Notes: generated by a model from the sequence alone, not told the origin. Counted from the first letter of the stretch, positions 1 through 7,762 are shown. The stretch: 64,000 nucleotides of DNA from Nitrospira sp. (GCA_047150005.1 AP038806.1:2624001-2688000); one strand, 5' to 3'. A program made the numbers and translations.

Positions 1-21
1 GATCAGATCGATCCGCTTCAT
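1..21 (-). CDS. hicA: HicA-family toxin, 5' end only (runs off window)
   Basis: ATG at 21 overlaps the hicB stop (ATGA); reads MKRIDLI, a typical HicA N-terminus; only 7 codons visible. Confidence 0.55.
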
Positions 22-239
22 GAGATCGAGGCGAGTGGCTCTCGGATCACCGTCTTGTTACGAAGTGCCTCTTGGGCGAGTGCACGGTTCGATTCGAGAA
101 CTAACTGAACGGCTTCCTGAAGATTGGCGCGGGCTTCAGCAAGCGTATCGCCCTGGCTATTGGCCCCAGGCAGTTCTTCGACAAACGCGATGTATCCTTC
201 AGGCACCTGTTGAAAAACCGCAGTCAGTTGTTCCTTCAT
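18..239 (-). CDS. hicB: HicB-family antitoxin (73 aa)
   Basis: GYIAFVEELPGANSQGDTLAEARANLQEA matches the HicB RNase H-like core; start taken at MKEQL. Confidence 0.85.
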   Translation of the reverse strand: MKEQLTAVFQQVPEGYIAFVEELPGANSQGDTLAEARANLQEAVQLVLESNRALAQEALRNKTVIREPLASIS

Positions 240-262
240 GGGAGCGATCTCCTTGAAAGAGC

Positions 263-271
263 AGTATAGCA
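263..271 (-). promoter_or_regulatory. Extended -10 promoter for hicBA
   Basis: TGCTATACT on minus strand, 23 nt upstream of the hicB ATG. Confidence 0.5.
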
Positions 272-301
272 GAACGACCGCCTGAAACCACACTCACGAT
301 C

Positions 302-366
302 TTACAATTCGCCTTGGAACGCGCGGTGGAAAAGGGAGGCGGAGAGGTCGTCGAGGCGGCGGCGAG
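302..366 (-). repeat. Remnant copy 1 of the hsdS 3' end
   Basis: Translates RRRLDDLSASLFHRAFQGEL*; about 9 mismatches in 65 nt against 1870-1934 (hand alignment). Confidence 0.9.
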
Positions 367-387
367 GTTGATGGAGAAACGGTTGGT

Positions 388-588
388 CTAGCGGCCGTGT
401 TTGGCGATGAGTTCTCTGACGGCAGGAACGAGTTCGCTCGGAATTTCCATAACAGTTTGAGTCCTGTCTTCGACGGCCGCCTCGTCTTCAGCCACCGCCT
501 CTTCCCCAGTCTGTTCCTCATAATGCGCCAACACGCGACGAACTCTGGCTTCATCCCAGCCCGGAGGGAACTTGCTCTGTGTGGTCAT
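388..588 (-). CDS. Small acidic protein, putative antitoxin partner of 585-866
   Basis: 66 aa; ATGA overlap with the upstream toxin-like gene; acidic middle. Confidence 0.65.
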   Translation of the reverse strand: MTTQSKFPPGWDEARVRRVLAHYEEQTGEEAVAEDEAAVEDRTQTVMEIPSELVPAVRELIAKHGR

Positions 589-866
589 GACTTTTTTCTC
601 CGTCGTCTCCGATAGGCCATCAGCGGCTTGCCGGCCAACTGATAGGCCGTAATGACGAATATACTATCAGGTTCAGGGTCGGGAGCATAGATCACTCGCA
701 AGTAGCGACCTGCCAGAGTTTGGCCCATGGCAACTCGCGATCCTTCTCGCCCAGGACGATCTTCTCCAGGTGCTCTTAAGACCTCTTCTACTTCTTCCTC
801 GTTCACTGCATGACCATATATGTGCGGCAGGCCAGTTTCCGAGTCTAGATAGAAACGGATCTTCAT
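585..866 (-). CDS. BrnT/DUF4258-like (RelE-fold) putative toxin
   Basis: HAVNEEEVEEVL...GQTLAGRYLRVIY...FVITAY with a basic tail, the BrnT-like pattern. Confidence 0.65.
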   Translation of the reverse strand: MKIRFYLDSETGLPHIYGHAVNEEEVEEVLRAPGEDRPGREGSRVAMGQTLAGRYLRVIYAPDPEPDSIFVITAYQLAGKPLMAYRRRRRKKS

Positions 867-874
867 CTCTTATC

Positions 875-990
875 TTATAGCTCCCCCTCGAACGCGCGGT
901 GGAGGAGGGAGGCGGAGAGGTCGTCGAGGCGACGGCGGGAGACGGCTTGCGGGGTTTCCATGGTCCGGATCTCGGCGACGCGGGCGGCGA
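875..990 (-). repeat. Remnant copy 2 of the hsdS 3' end
   Basis: Translates AARVAEIRTMETPQAVSRRRLDDLSASLLHRAFEGEL*; about 16 mismatches in 116 nt against 1870-1985. Confidence 0.9.
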
Positions 991-1043
991 GATTGTATCG
1001 GAATAACTGTGCCATCCTCTTCCTCTTCATGCTATAGTAGCGT

Positions 1044-1247
1044 ATGTTAAAGCGTTCGCTTACCACAACGAATCCCTATCTCACCAATCCTGCGAAACGC
1101 CGCGCCATGTTCGAGATGACCGTCTACACCTCCGCGGATATCGAGGGAGTGAAACTCACTTCATCCGACTTGTTCGCGAACACGAGAGTCTCCCGTCGCG
1201 CTACTGCTCCCCGTGAATCTGCGAAGTCCTCCGGATCACGGCGCTGA
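1044..1247 (+). CDS. Putative Fic antitoxin (VbhA-like inhibitory motif), convergent with fic
   Basis: 67 aa containing SADIEG, which fits (S/T)xxxE(G/N); extended -10 TGCTATAGT at 1030-1038. Confidence 0.65.
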   Translation: MLKRSLTTTNPYLTNPAKRRAMFEMTVYTSADIEGVKLTSSDLFANTRVSRRATAPRESAKSSGSRR

Positions 1248-1854
1248 ACAATTCCGCCATCGGGTCGTAATTCCGATCAAGCCCGGCCCGCACCGCCGCG
1301 AAGTACCGTTCCCGTGATCGTCCCGATAGCTTGTCGAAATAGAGCGCAGGCAGCCCTGCTTGCAGTCCCATCAACACCGCAAGGATGCGCGCCACTCTTC
1401 CATTGCCTTCCCTGAAGGGATGGATCAGCACCAATTCTACATGTACTTCTGCGAGAGCTGCGGCGAGTGTTTCAATTGAAGCGGAGCGACAGGGCGTGTG
1501 ACGCGCGAGAGGACCTTCTTCCAATCCCGCCATCAGTTTAGGAACCTGTGCTGCCGCAGCAAACGAGAAGGCATCTTTCTTCACGTTCACATGACGATAC
1601 TTCCCTGCCCAGGAATAGATTCGCCCCAACCAGCATCGATGAATGTGGCAGATATCAGCAGCAGTGAATCGGTGATCGTCTTCGTAGAAACTTGCCAGCT
1701 CTTCGAGCGCTCGCACTTGCTCGCGCCCCTCTGTGCGATCCATCTCGCGCTTGCTGGTGACACCAAGTAAGTTCTTGAGCACGCGTCCGCGAGAGCCAGG
1801 CTCTTGCTGGTGCTCCTCAAAGTCCGACGCATCGTAGCGATCCTTACGCTTCAG
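1201..1854 (-). CDS. fic: Fic-domain protein (AMPylase); probable CTG start at 1854, first standard start at 1782
   Basis: Canonical HPFREGNGRVAR motif; frame open upstream (KRKDRYDASDFEEHQQEPGSRGRVLKN) with GAGGA RBS. Confidence 0.9.
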   Translation of the reverse strand: MKRKDRYDASDFEEHQQEPGSRGRVLKNLLGVTSKREMDRTEGREQVRALEELASFYEDDHRFTAADICHIHRCWLGRIYSWAGKYRHVNVKKDAFSFAAAAQVPKLMAGLEEGPLARHTPCRSASIETLAAALAEVHVELVLIHPFREGNGRVARILAVLMGLQAGLPALYFDKLSGRSRERYFAAVRAGLDRNYDPMAELFSAVIRRTSQIHGEQ

Positions 1855-1869
1855 AGTTCATCCTCACTT

Positions 1870-3015
1870 TCATAACTCGCCTTGGAACGCGCGTTGGAGG
1901 AGGGAGGCGAAGAGATCGTCGAGGCGGCGGCGGGAGGCGGCTTGCTGGGTTTCCATCGCCCGCATCTCGGCGATGCGGGTGGCGAATTCTTTTTGGAGTC
2001 GCAACTCAGGCAATGGAATCTTGAGCGGCTTGAGGATTGCCAGATTTATGTTTGCACGAGCGGTCGCGGGAGCCTGGGACAGAAATAAGGGTCGCCAATG
2101 GCGCAGGACACTCCAGATATACTCGGGTATGGTCTTATGGGAGTTAGCTTGAATTCCCACAACACTATCGGTACAGAAAACAGGAACACCTAGAATAGCT
2201 GTCTCTCCTATTGTCGCTCCTACGATAGCAATGACGACAGTTCCTGCAGGAAACTGTTTGCTCACCTTGGTTCCCCTCTTATTCAAAGTCTGCTTCCAAC
2301 ACGTAAGCAATCCATCGCTCTGTGCAATATCGCCTGTTTGAATGAATGGATGTTCCCCGCCGTAGTAGGACGGATCATTCCGTGGGCGAGGCGTGAACTT
2401 TCCACGTTCGACTGACGCAATCTGTTCGAGCGATACCATCGGCAACCTTTTTGAGTTGGTAATTGGGTCGCCGAACATGTCGTGGAAGAGAGCGGGAATG
2501 AGGCCGGCGGTGCGGCGGTCGGCTTGCGCGCGCAGCTTCCGCAGCTCGTCCGCGTCGTCCAGGATGCGAACAATTCGCTCCTGCTCTGGCAAAGGGGGTA
2601 CGGGAAGTTCCAATCGCTCAAGGTCGTTGCGATTAATCGCTGTGAAGGTACTGCCAACGCCGCGAGCAGCAATATCAGCCTCGAATCGCTTCAGGTAGTA
2701 ACGAACATATCGCTGATGGCACTTTCTTGGATCACTCCGAAGGGCAGCAAGCCCGCGCCCAATGCAGCAACGTTCTGTTGCAAAATTGGTTGGCCCTACG
2801 GGGGCGCGGACCGAAAGAAGAATGTCGCCAGCATCCGCGATACGCGACGGCCGACTGCACCATTTGACCTTTACAGGATGATCTTCGCCAAATTCTGCTT
2901 TACCCTGAAAGAAAGGCAAGCCAACTCCTTCGGCGTTATAAGTTTCGCCGGGTGGCGACTGTCCCATGTGGATGGTAACGATTTCGCCAAGCTTATTTGT
3001 CGGCCAGCGTTTCAT
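1870..3015 (-). CDS. hsdS: Type I restriction-modification specificity subunit
   Basis: Two TRDs, PVPPLPEQERIV and IPLPELRLQKEF conserved helices, SLLQRAFQGEL end; follows hsdM. Confidence 0.95.
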   Translation of the reverse strand: MKRWPTNKLGEIVTIHMGQSPPGETYNAEGVGLPFFQGKAEFGEDHPVKVKWCSRPSRIADAGDILLSVRAPVGPTNFATERCCIGRGLAALRSDPRKCHQRYVRYYLKRFEADIAARGVGSTFTAINRNDLERLELPVPPLPEQERIVRILDDADELRKLRAQADRRTAGLIPALFHDMFGDPITNSKRLPMVSLEQIASVERGKFTPRPRNDPSYYGGEHPFIQTGDIAQSDGLLTCWKQTLNKRGTKVSKQFPAGTVVIAIVGATIGETAILGVPVFCTDSVVGIQANSHKTIPEYIWSVLRHWRPLFLSQAPATARANINLAILKPLKIPLPELRLQKEFATRIAEMRAMETQQAASRRRLDDLFASLLQRAFQGEL

Positions 3016-4583
3016 TTTTTCCTGCTCGACTCCCGCCCCTCACCCTCGCCCTCTCCCCTCCGAGAGGCGAGGGAATCCAGGAGTTCGTTGCCCCGTTTCA
3101 AGATGTCCCTTTCGAGTGTGAGCACTTCCTTCAGGATGTCGCTGGGTTGATCGTGGTTCACGGCTTCGGTGGTTACTGGCTTGTAGCGGCCCGCGGCGAG
3201 GCTCCAGTCGTTCTGGCGAATCTTTTCGATCGGCACGAGATAGGAGTTCGAGCCTTCTTCCTGCTTCTGCCACTTCGCGAGCAAGTCTGGAATATCATTC
3301 GCTTCGATCGGCGTACGTTTGTCGTCGAGGCTGTAGCCATCGGCTGTGAGGTCATAGAACCAGACGGATTGAGTCGCCCCCTCACCCTGCCCTCTCCCCC
3401 GAAGGGAGAGGGTTGAAGAAGCTTTCTCGAAGATCAAGGCGGCGGTGCTGACGCCGGAGTAGGGTTTGAAGACACCGGAGGGCATGTTAACGACAGCTTG
3501 GAGATCGCATTCAGTCAACAGCAACTCACGGACTTTCGTGGCCGCTTTGTTGCCGCCGAACAGCACGCCGGCCGGAACGATGACTCCCGCGCGGCCGCCC
3601 GGCGTGAGGTGATCGATGAACCATTTGACGAAGAGCAGTTCTGTATCGCGTGTGGGCAGGTTAATATCGGCGAGGATGCTTTCTTTTTGAATCTTTCCGG
3701 CGAAGGGCGGATTGGCAAGGATCACGTCGAACGATTCGCCGTAGTGCCGGCTGTCCGTCAGCGGATTGTAGAGTTCGATGTGAGCCTTGGCCAGGGCGTG
3801 CAGATACAGATTCAGAATCGCGATCTTCACCATGTTCGCGTCGTTGTCGTAGCCGGTGAAGGCGCGCTCCTCGAGAAACTTCCACTGGCGCGGCTCCAGC
3901 TTTTGACCGTCCACGATGCCTTTCGCGAGCGAGGTCTTGCTGGTGTAGTTTCTCAGAATGTGTTGATAGGCCGTGATGAGAAAGCCGGCGGTGCCGCAGG
4001 CCGGATCACAGATGCGCCGACCCGGCTGCGGGTCTACGAGCGAGACGATCATCTGAATGATGTGGCGTGGGGTCCTGAACTGGCCGTTGGTGCCTGATAG
4101 GGCGAGCTTGCTGAGGAGGTACTCATACATGTCGCCCTTGAGGTCGTGGCCTTCGTGTGATGCGAGGCCCATTTCCTGAATCGCCTGGATGACGGCGCGG
4201 AGGGTCGGGCGGTCGTAGACTTTGAGTGTGGCGCGGTTGAAGAGGAGCTTGCCGGTGTCGCTGAGCCCAGGCAGTTCGTACAAGCTTTCGATGGCGGAAC
4301 GCACAGCGTCGAAGAGCTGATCGCCCGTGAGCGTGACGAAGTTCCCCCAGGCATAGCGCGCAAACTTGCCGCTGAACCGCTTGGCGTATTTCTTATCCAG
4401 CCGCGCAAGCCGCTCGTCGTCTTCCGTGAGCAGCCGCAGGAAGAGCAGATAGGAAATCTGCTCGATGGAGTCCATCGGATTGTTGACGCCGCCCGCCCAC
4501 AGAATGTCCATGAGCTGATCGACCTTCTGCCGCAGGCCGGAAGAGTGAAAGTTACCGTTGGTCGCTGTTGTGCTGTTGGCCAT
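3012..4583 (-). CDS. hsdM: Type I RM N6-adenine methyltransferase
   Basis: GQFRTPRHII, DPACGTAGFL (SAM binding), NPPF catalytic motif; start MANSTT overlaps the XRE stop (TAATG). Confidence 0.95.
   Translation of the reverse strand: MANSTTATNGNFHSSGLRQKVDQLMDILWAGGVNNPMDSIEQISYLLFLRLLTEDDERLARLDKKYAKRFSGKFARYAWGNFVTLTGDQLFDAVRSAIESLYELPGLSDTGKLLFNRATLKVYDRPTLRAVIQAIQEMGLASHEGHDLKGDMYEYLLSKLALSGTNGQFRTPRHIIQMIVSLVDPQPGRRICDPACGTAGFLITAYQHILRNYTSKTSLAKGIVDGQKLEPRQWKFLEERAFTGYDNDANMVKIAILNLYLHALAKAHIELYNPLTDSRHYGESFDVILANPPFAGKIQKESILADINLPTRDTELLFVKWFIDHLTPGGRAGVIVPAGVLFGGNKAATKVRELLLTECDLQAVVNMPSGVFKPYSGVSTAALIFEKASSTLSLRGRGQGEGATQSVWFYDLTADGYSLDDKRTPIEANDIPDLLAKWQKQEEGSNSYLVPIEKIRQNDWSLAAGRYKPVTTEAVNHDQPSDILKEVLTLERDILKRGNELLDSLASRRGEGEGEGRESSRKK
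3036..3073 (+). repeat. Pyrimidine-tail hairpin repeat R1, inside hsdM 3' end
   Basis: CCCCTCACCCTCGCCCTCTCCCCTCCGAGAGGCGAGGG. Confidence 0.85.
3377..3412 (+). repeat. Pyrimidine-tail hairpin repeat R2, inside hsdM
   Basis: CCCCCTCACCCTGCCCTCTCCCCCGAAGGGAGAGGG. Confidence 0.9.
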
Positions 4584-4909
4584 TAGGCGGACTTCAAGCG
4601 GCGGGTGGCGGGAACGAACCGAATCTCCACGCGCCGATTGAGGGCGGCGGCGATGCGGTGCAGCATGTTCAACGAATGGCCCTCGTAGTCGGCGCTTTCG
4701 AGCCGGCAAATGACGGAGGCCGTGGTGCCCACTAGCTTGGCGAGTTGTCGCTGACTGACGCCGGCTTCTTCCCGCAGCGCAGCGATCTTCCGGGCCACGG
4801 CATCGTCGGCGCGCGCCTCTTCAAGAGCGGCGAGGCGATCAGGCTTCCCTTCGTAATAGCGGCGATGGAGAATTTCCACTGCGTGGGTCGATCTTTTGTT
4901 CCTGGGCAT
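4583..4909 (-). CDS. XRE-family HTH protein (HigA-like antitoxin or regulator)
   Basis: LREEAGVSQRQLAKLVGTTASVICRLES...LHRIAAALN, an HTH_3 pattern. Confidence 0.85.
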   Translation of the reverse strand: MPRNKRSTHAVEILHRRYYEGKPDRLAALEEARADDAVARKIAALREEAGVSQRQLAKLVGTTASVICRLESADYEGHSLNMLHRIAAALNRRVEIRFVPATRRLKSA

Positions 4910-4913
4910 CGTC

Positions 4914-5324
4914 TTACCTTTCGAGATTGTGCTCCATCTTCACCCTCGCCATTTTAGGGAGAGGGTTGGGGTGAGGGTGGCTCGCAGCATCCGCAATATG
5001 CTGAAGAACTGCATCAGGGTCGGTCAATACCTCATGGTTCCAGTACCGCAAGACATGATAACCCTCTCGGATGAAGAACGCAGTCCGTCGTTGGTCGGCT
5101 GAAGTCTGATCAGCGTGCTGTCCGCCGTCAAGCTCCACCACGAGATACTTCTCTGGGCAACAGAAGTCCACAATGTACGGGCCGATGGGATGTTGGCGAC
5201 GAAACTTCAAACTTATGAGGCGCCGAGCGCGTAACCGCATCCAGAGCAATCGTTCTGCGTCGGTTTGGTCGCACCGAAGCTGTCTTGCTCGGTCTCGATG
5301 AGTTTTAGATTGCTTCGGCCCCAC
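4914..5324 (-). CDS. DUF559 / Vsr-like endonuclease-domain protein
   Basis: TDAERLLWMRLR, KFRRQHPIGPYIVDF, VVELDGGQH, DQRRTAF, GYHVLRYWN. Confidence 0.9.
   Translation of the reverse strand: MGPKQSKTHRDRARQLRCDQTDAERLLWMRLRARRLISLKFRRQHPIGPYIVDFCCPEKYLVVELDGGQHADQTSADQRRTAFFIREGYHVLRYWNHEVLTDPDAVLQHIADAASHPHPNPLPKMARVKMEHNLER
4943..4977 (-). repeat. Pyrimidine-tail hairpin repeat R3, inverted, at DUF559 3' end
   Basis: Minus strand reads CCCTCACCCCAACCCTCTCCCTAAAATGGCGAGGG. Confidence 0.85.
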
Positions 5325-5326
5325 TG

Positions 5327-5363
5327 CCCCCTCACCCTTCCCTCTCCCCTAAGGGGCGAGGGG
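5327..5363 (+). repeat. Pyrimidine-tail hairpin repeat R4, between hsdR and DUF559
   Basis: CCCCCTCACCCTTCCCTCTCCCCTAAGGGGCGAGGGG. Confidence 0.9.
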
Positions 5364-5371
5364 AAGCCCGC

Positions 5372-7762
5372 TTAGCTTCCCAACATCGATTGTCGGAAGA
5401 GCGACGTGTTCCGTAGCGCGTTGAAGACCTGCTCTCGATCCGTGAACCGTTCGAGCGCGGCCAGTCCGCCGATCGCGTTGAACTGGCTGGTCGTAAAGAG
5501 GGTCATGTCGCCTTCTAAGAATCGGCGGCGGGCGTCGGCATCGTCGGCAATGAGGCTGGTCGTCGCGGTCAACCACTTCTGTTCGCTGAATCGCAGGTTG
5601 AACTGCGCGGCCAGACTCTCCACCGTGTCCTCGATGATCCGGTCGCGAGTCGGAATCGGCTTCTTGCCCAGGGCGCCGTAGACGAACGTTGGAACCGGCG
5701 CGGGCACGCCGTAGGCTTTGACCAATTTATCGGACGAATAAAACATCTCCGGATTGTGGAAGAACCGCTTCTCCATGAGATCTTCCACCTGATCGTCGTC
5801 CTCGGCCTCCACCGCGCCTTTGAACTCCCGGTCCGACTCGTAGAAGGTTTTCACGTCGCGCTCGTATGACCCGCGGAAGGTCATCACGTCCACTTTCTCA
5901 CCGTTCGGTCCCACAATGCGAACTTCTTCCGAGACGACAAGATCACGCCCAGTCCAGACGGGAATCCCTCGTTTCGTCGGCGGCTCCAGCCCACCGCCCG
6001 TTCCCTCACCGGCCAGGCTATGACCCTCGGACGTTCCTGTCGTATGCGCGCCCTGCCCTGCCGCCCTCCGTGCCAGGGACGGTTCTTTGAGTGGAATGGT
6101 GTAGTCGTATTCCTCCTCGAAGTATTCGGCGACGCCACAGAAGTCGAGCATAAAGAAATGTTCCTTCTCGTATTCCCTGTTGCCGATTTTGAATGTGAAT
6201 CGCCTGGTCCCGCGCCCTTTCATCTGGATGTATTCCGTCGGCGAGAACACGGGACGGGCCAGGACGATATTCAACAGGTCGCGGCAGTTGTAGCCGGTCG
6301 AGAGCATGTCTACGGACACGGCGACTCGCTCCGGTCGCTTGCGGTCGCGAAAGGCCTTGGCGATATCGGATGCGTCGGGAATGCGCGACGTAATCGTGAC
6401 GGCAAGCCCGGGTTGCAGTTCATTGAGTATCTTCGTCAGCGCGGTGGCGTGGGTTTGATTGACGGCAAAGACGATTGAACGGCCCAGTTTGCCTTCCGGG
6501 TCCTTCTGCGCATGTTCCAGAAACTTCTCGCAGATCAGACGATTGCGCGCAGGCGTGAAGATCTTTCGTTCCAGGTCGCTGATCTTGTAGCTCTCCTCAC
6601 GCTCGTCGATGGTGACTGACCAGCCTTTATCTGACAGGGCCTGGGTGGTGATGTCGGACTTGATGTCGAAAATCTTGTGGAGGCAGAGGAATGGGCCTTC
6701 CGGATCTTTGACCGCATCCACGATGTCATACCGAAACGTCGGCCGGCCCGGCTCGCAGCCGAAGTAATGATAGGTATCACGCAGTTGTCGCGCTTCGAGG
6801 CCCTTCGGATTCTCTTCGGCGAGGTGTTCGATGTTGATGTTCTTTAAATAGGCCTTGGGCGTGGCGGTGAGACCAATGCGGGTTCCCTGAAAGAACTGTA
6901 CGACTTCGCGGGCGTCTCCGTAGATGGATCGGTGCGCCTCATCGTTCACGACCAAGTCGAAATGGAACGGTGTGAATTCGGTGCGGAACCGCCGATCGAC
7001 CAGGAGCGACTGAATGGTGGCGACGACGACACTGGATCCCAGGAGTTCCATCGGACTGCGCCGGGCCGCTTTGAAAATGACGGGCTTGTATTCGCGCAGC
7101 ACGACGTTGAACTCCTCCATCGTCTGCTTGGCCAGCTCGATCCGATCGACAATGAACAGGACCCGTTCGGCATTGCGTGTGGCGAGAAATCGCCTGATAA
7201 GCGCCGCGCAGAGCAGTGTCTTGCCGGTGCCGGTGGCCATTTCCAACAGGAACTTGCGACGGCCGGTTTCATCGAATTGCTTGGCGATCTCATCGAGAGC
7301 CTTGATCTGATAGCCACGAACTGTGAGGTCAGGGTTGAACGGCCGAAGATAGTCCGGCTTGATGGCTTCGCTGCCGAGTGGACGAGGAGGCTGGAGATTC
7401 TTAAGGCGCAGGCGCTCGAGATCGGTCGGCGAGGGTAATCGCTCGATCCGGTAAGCGTCTCGTTGATCGGCGCGGGCATAGTTCCAGAAATAGTAGACGG
7501 TGCCGTTTGACAGAATGACAAACGGTGCTTTTAGATTCTCCGCATAGCCTCGCGCCTGTTCCTTGGCGTCATAGGGGTCGAGATCCGAACGTTTTGCTTC
7601 TAACACACAGAGAGGGCCATGTTGCCCACTCAGAACATAGTCCGCCCGTCCGCTCTGTCCATGCAATTCGAAGCGGACTTGCCGTGGATCGAGGAGGTTC
7701 CATCCACTGACTTTCAAAGCCTGATCGATGAGGATGCGAGAAACTGCCTCGGGTTGGCTCAT
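5372..7762 (-). CDS. hsdR: Type I RM restriction subunit (short, EcoAI/EcoEI-like)
   Basis: ADYVL...LEAK nuclease motif with QARGYA, ATGTGKT Walker A, DEAHRS, LTATP, QMKGRGTR. Confidence 0.93.
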   Translation of the reverse strand: MSQPEAVSRILIDQALKVSGWNLLDPRQVRFELHGQSGRADYVLSGQHGPLCVLEAKRSDLDPYDAKEQARGYAENLKAPFVILSNGTVYYFWNYARADQRDAYRIERLPSPTDLERLRLKNLQPPRPLGSEAIKPDYLRPFNPDLTVRGYQIKALDEIAKQFDETGRRKFLLEMATGTGKTLLCAALIRRFLATRNAERVLFIVDRIELAKQTMEEFNVVLREYKPVIFKAARRSPMELLGSSVVVATIQSLLVDRRFRTEFTPFHFDLVVNDEAHRSIYGDAREVVQFFQGTRIGLTATPKAYLKNINIEHLAEENPKGLEARQLRDTYHYFGCEPGRPTFRYDIVDAVKDPEGPFLCLHKIFDIKSDITTQALSDKGWSVTIDEREESYKISDLERKIFTPARNRLICEKFLEHAQKDPEGKLGRSIVFAVNQTHATALTKILNELQPGLAVTITSRIPDASDIAKAFRDRKRPERVAVSVDMLSTGYNCRDLLNIVLARPVFSPTEYIQMKGRGTRRFTFKIGNREYEKEHFFMLDFCGVAEYFEEEYDYTIPLKEPSLARRAAGQGAHTTGTSEGHSLAGEGTGGGLEPPTKRGIPVWTGRDLVVSEEVRIVGPNGEKVDVMTFRGSYERDVKTFYESDREFKGAVEAEDDDQVEDLMEKRFFHNPEMFYSSDKLVKAYGVPAPVPTFVYGALGKKPIPTRDRIIEDTVESLAAQFNLRFSEQKWLTATTSLIADDADARRRFLEGDMTLFTTSQFNAIGGLAALERFTDREQVFNALRNTSLFRQSMLGS

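Noticed and set aside
875..1066. 63-aa ORF ending in AFEGEL as a real gene
   Set aside because: It is the hsdS tail remnant fused by chance to the antisense of the 1044 gene's promoter; no RBS
302..3015. Invertible hsdS shufflon (phase-variable type I RM)
   Set aside because: The extra hsdS pieces are direct rather than inverted, contain no TRD, and no recombinase is in the window
3036..5363. The four ~36-bp repeats as a CRISPR array
   Set aside because: Irregular spacing (300-1500 bp), mixed orientation, located within genes, no cas genes
5985..6075. Gly-rich HsdR linker (SLAGEGTGGG) as a fifth hairpin-repeat copy
   Set aside because: Only a CCCTCACC core matches and there is no hairpin; HsdR has a variable linker here anyway
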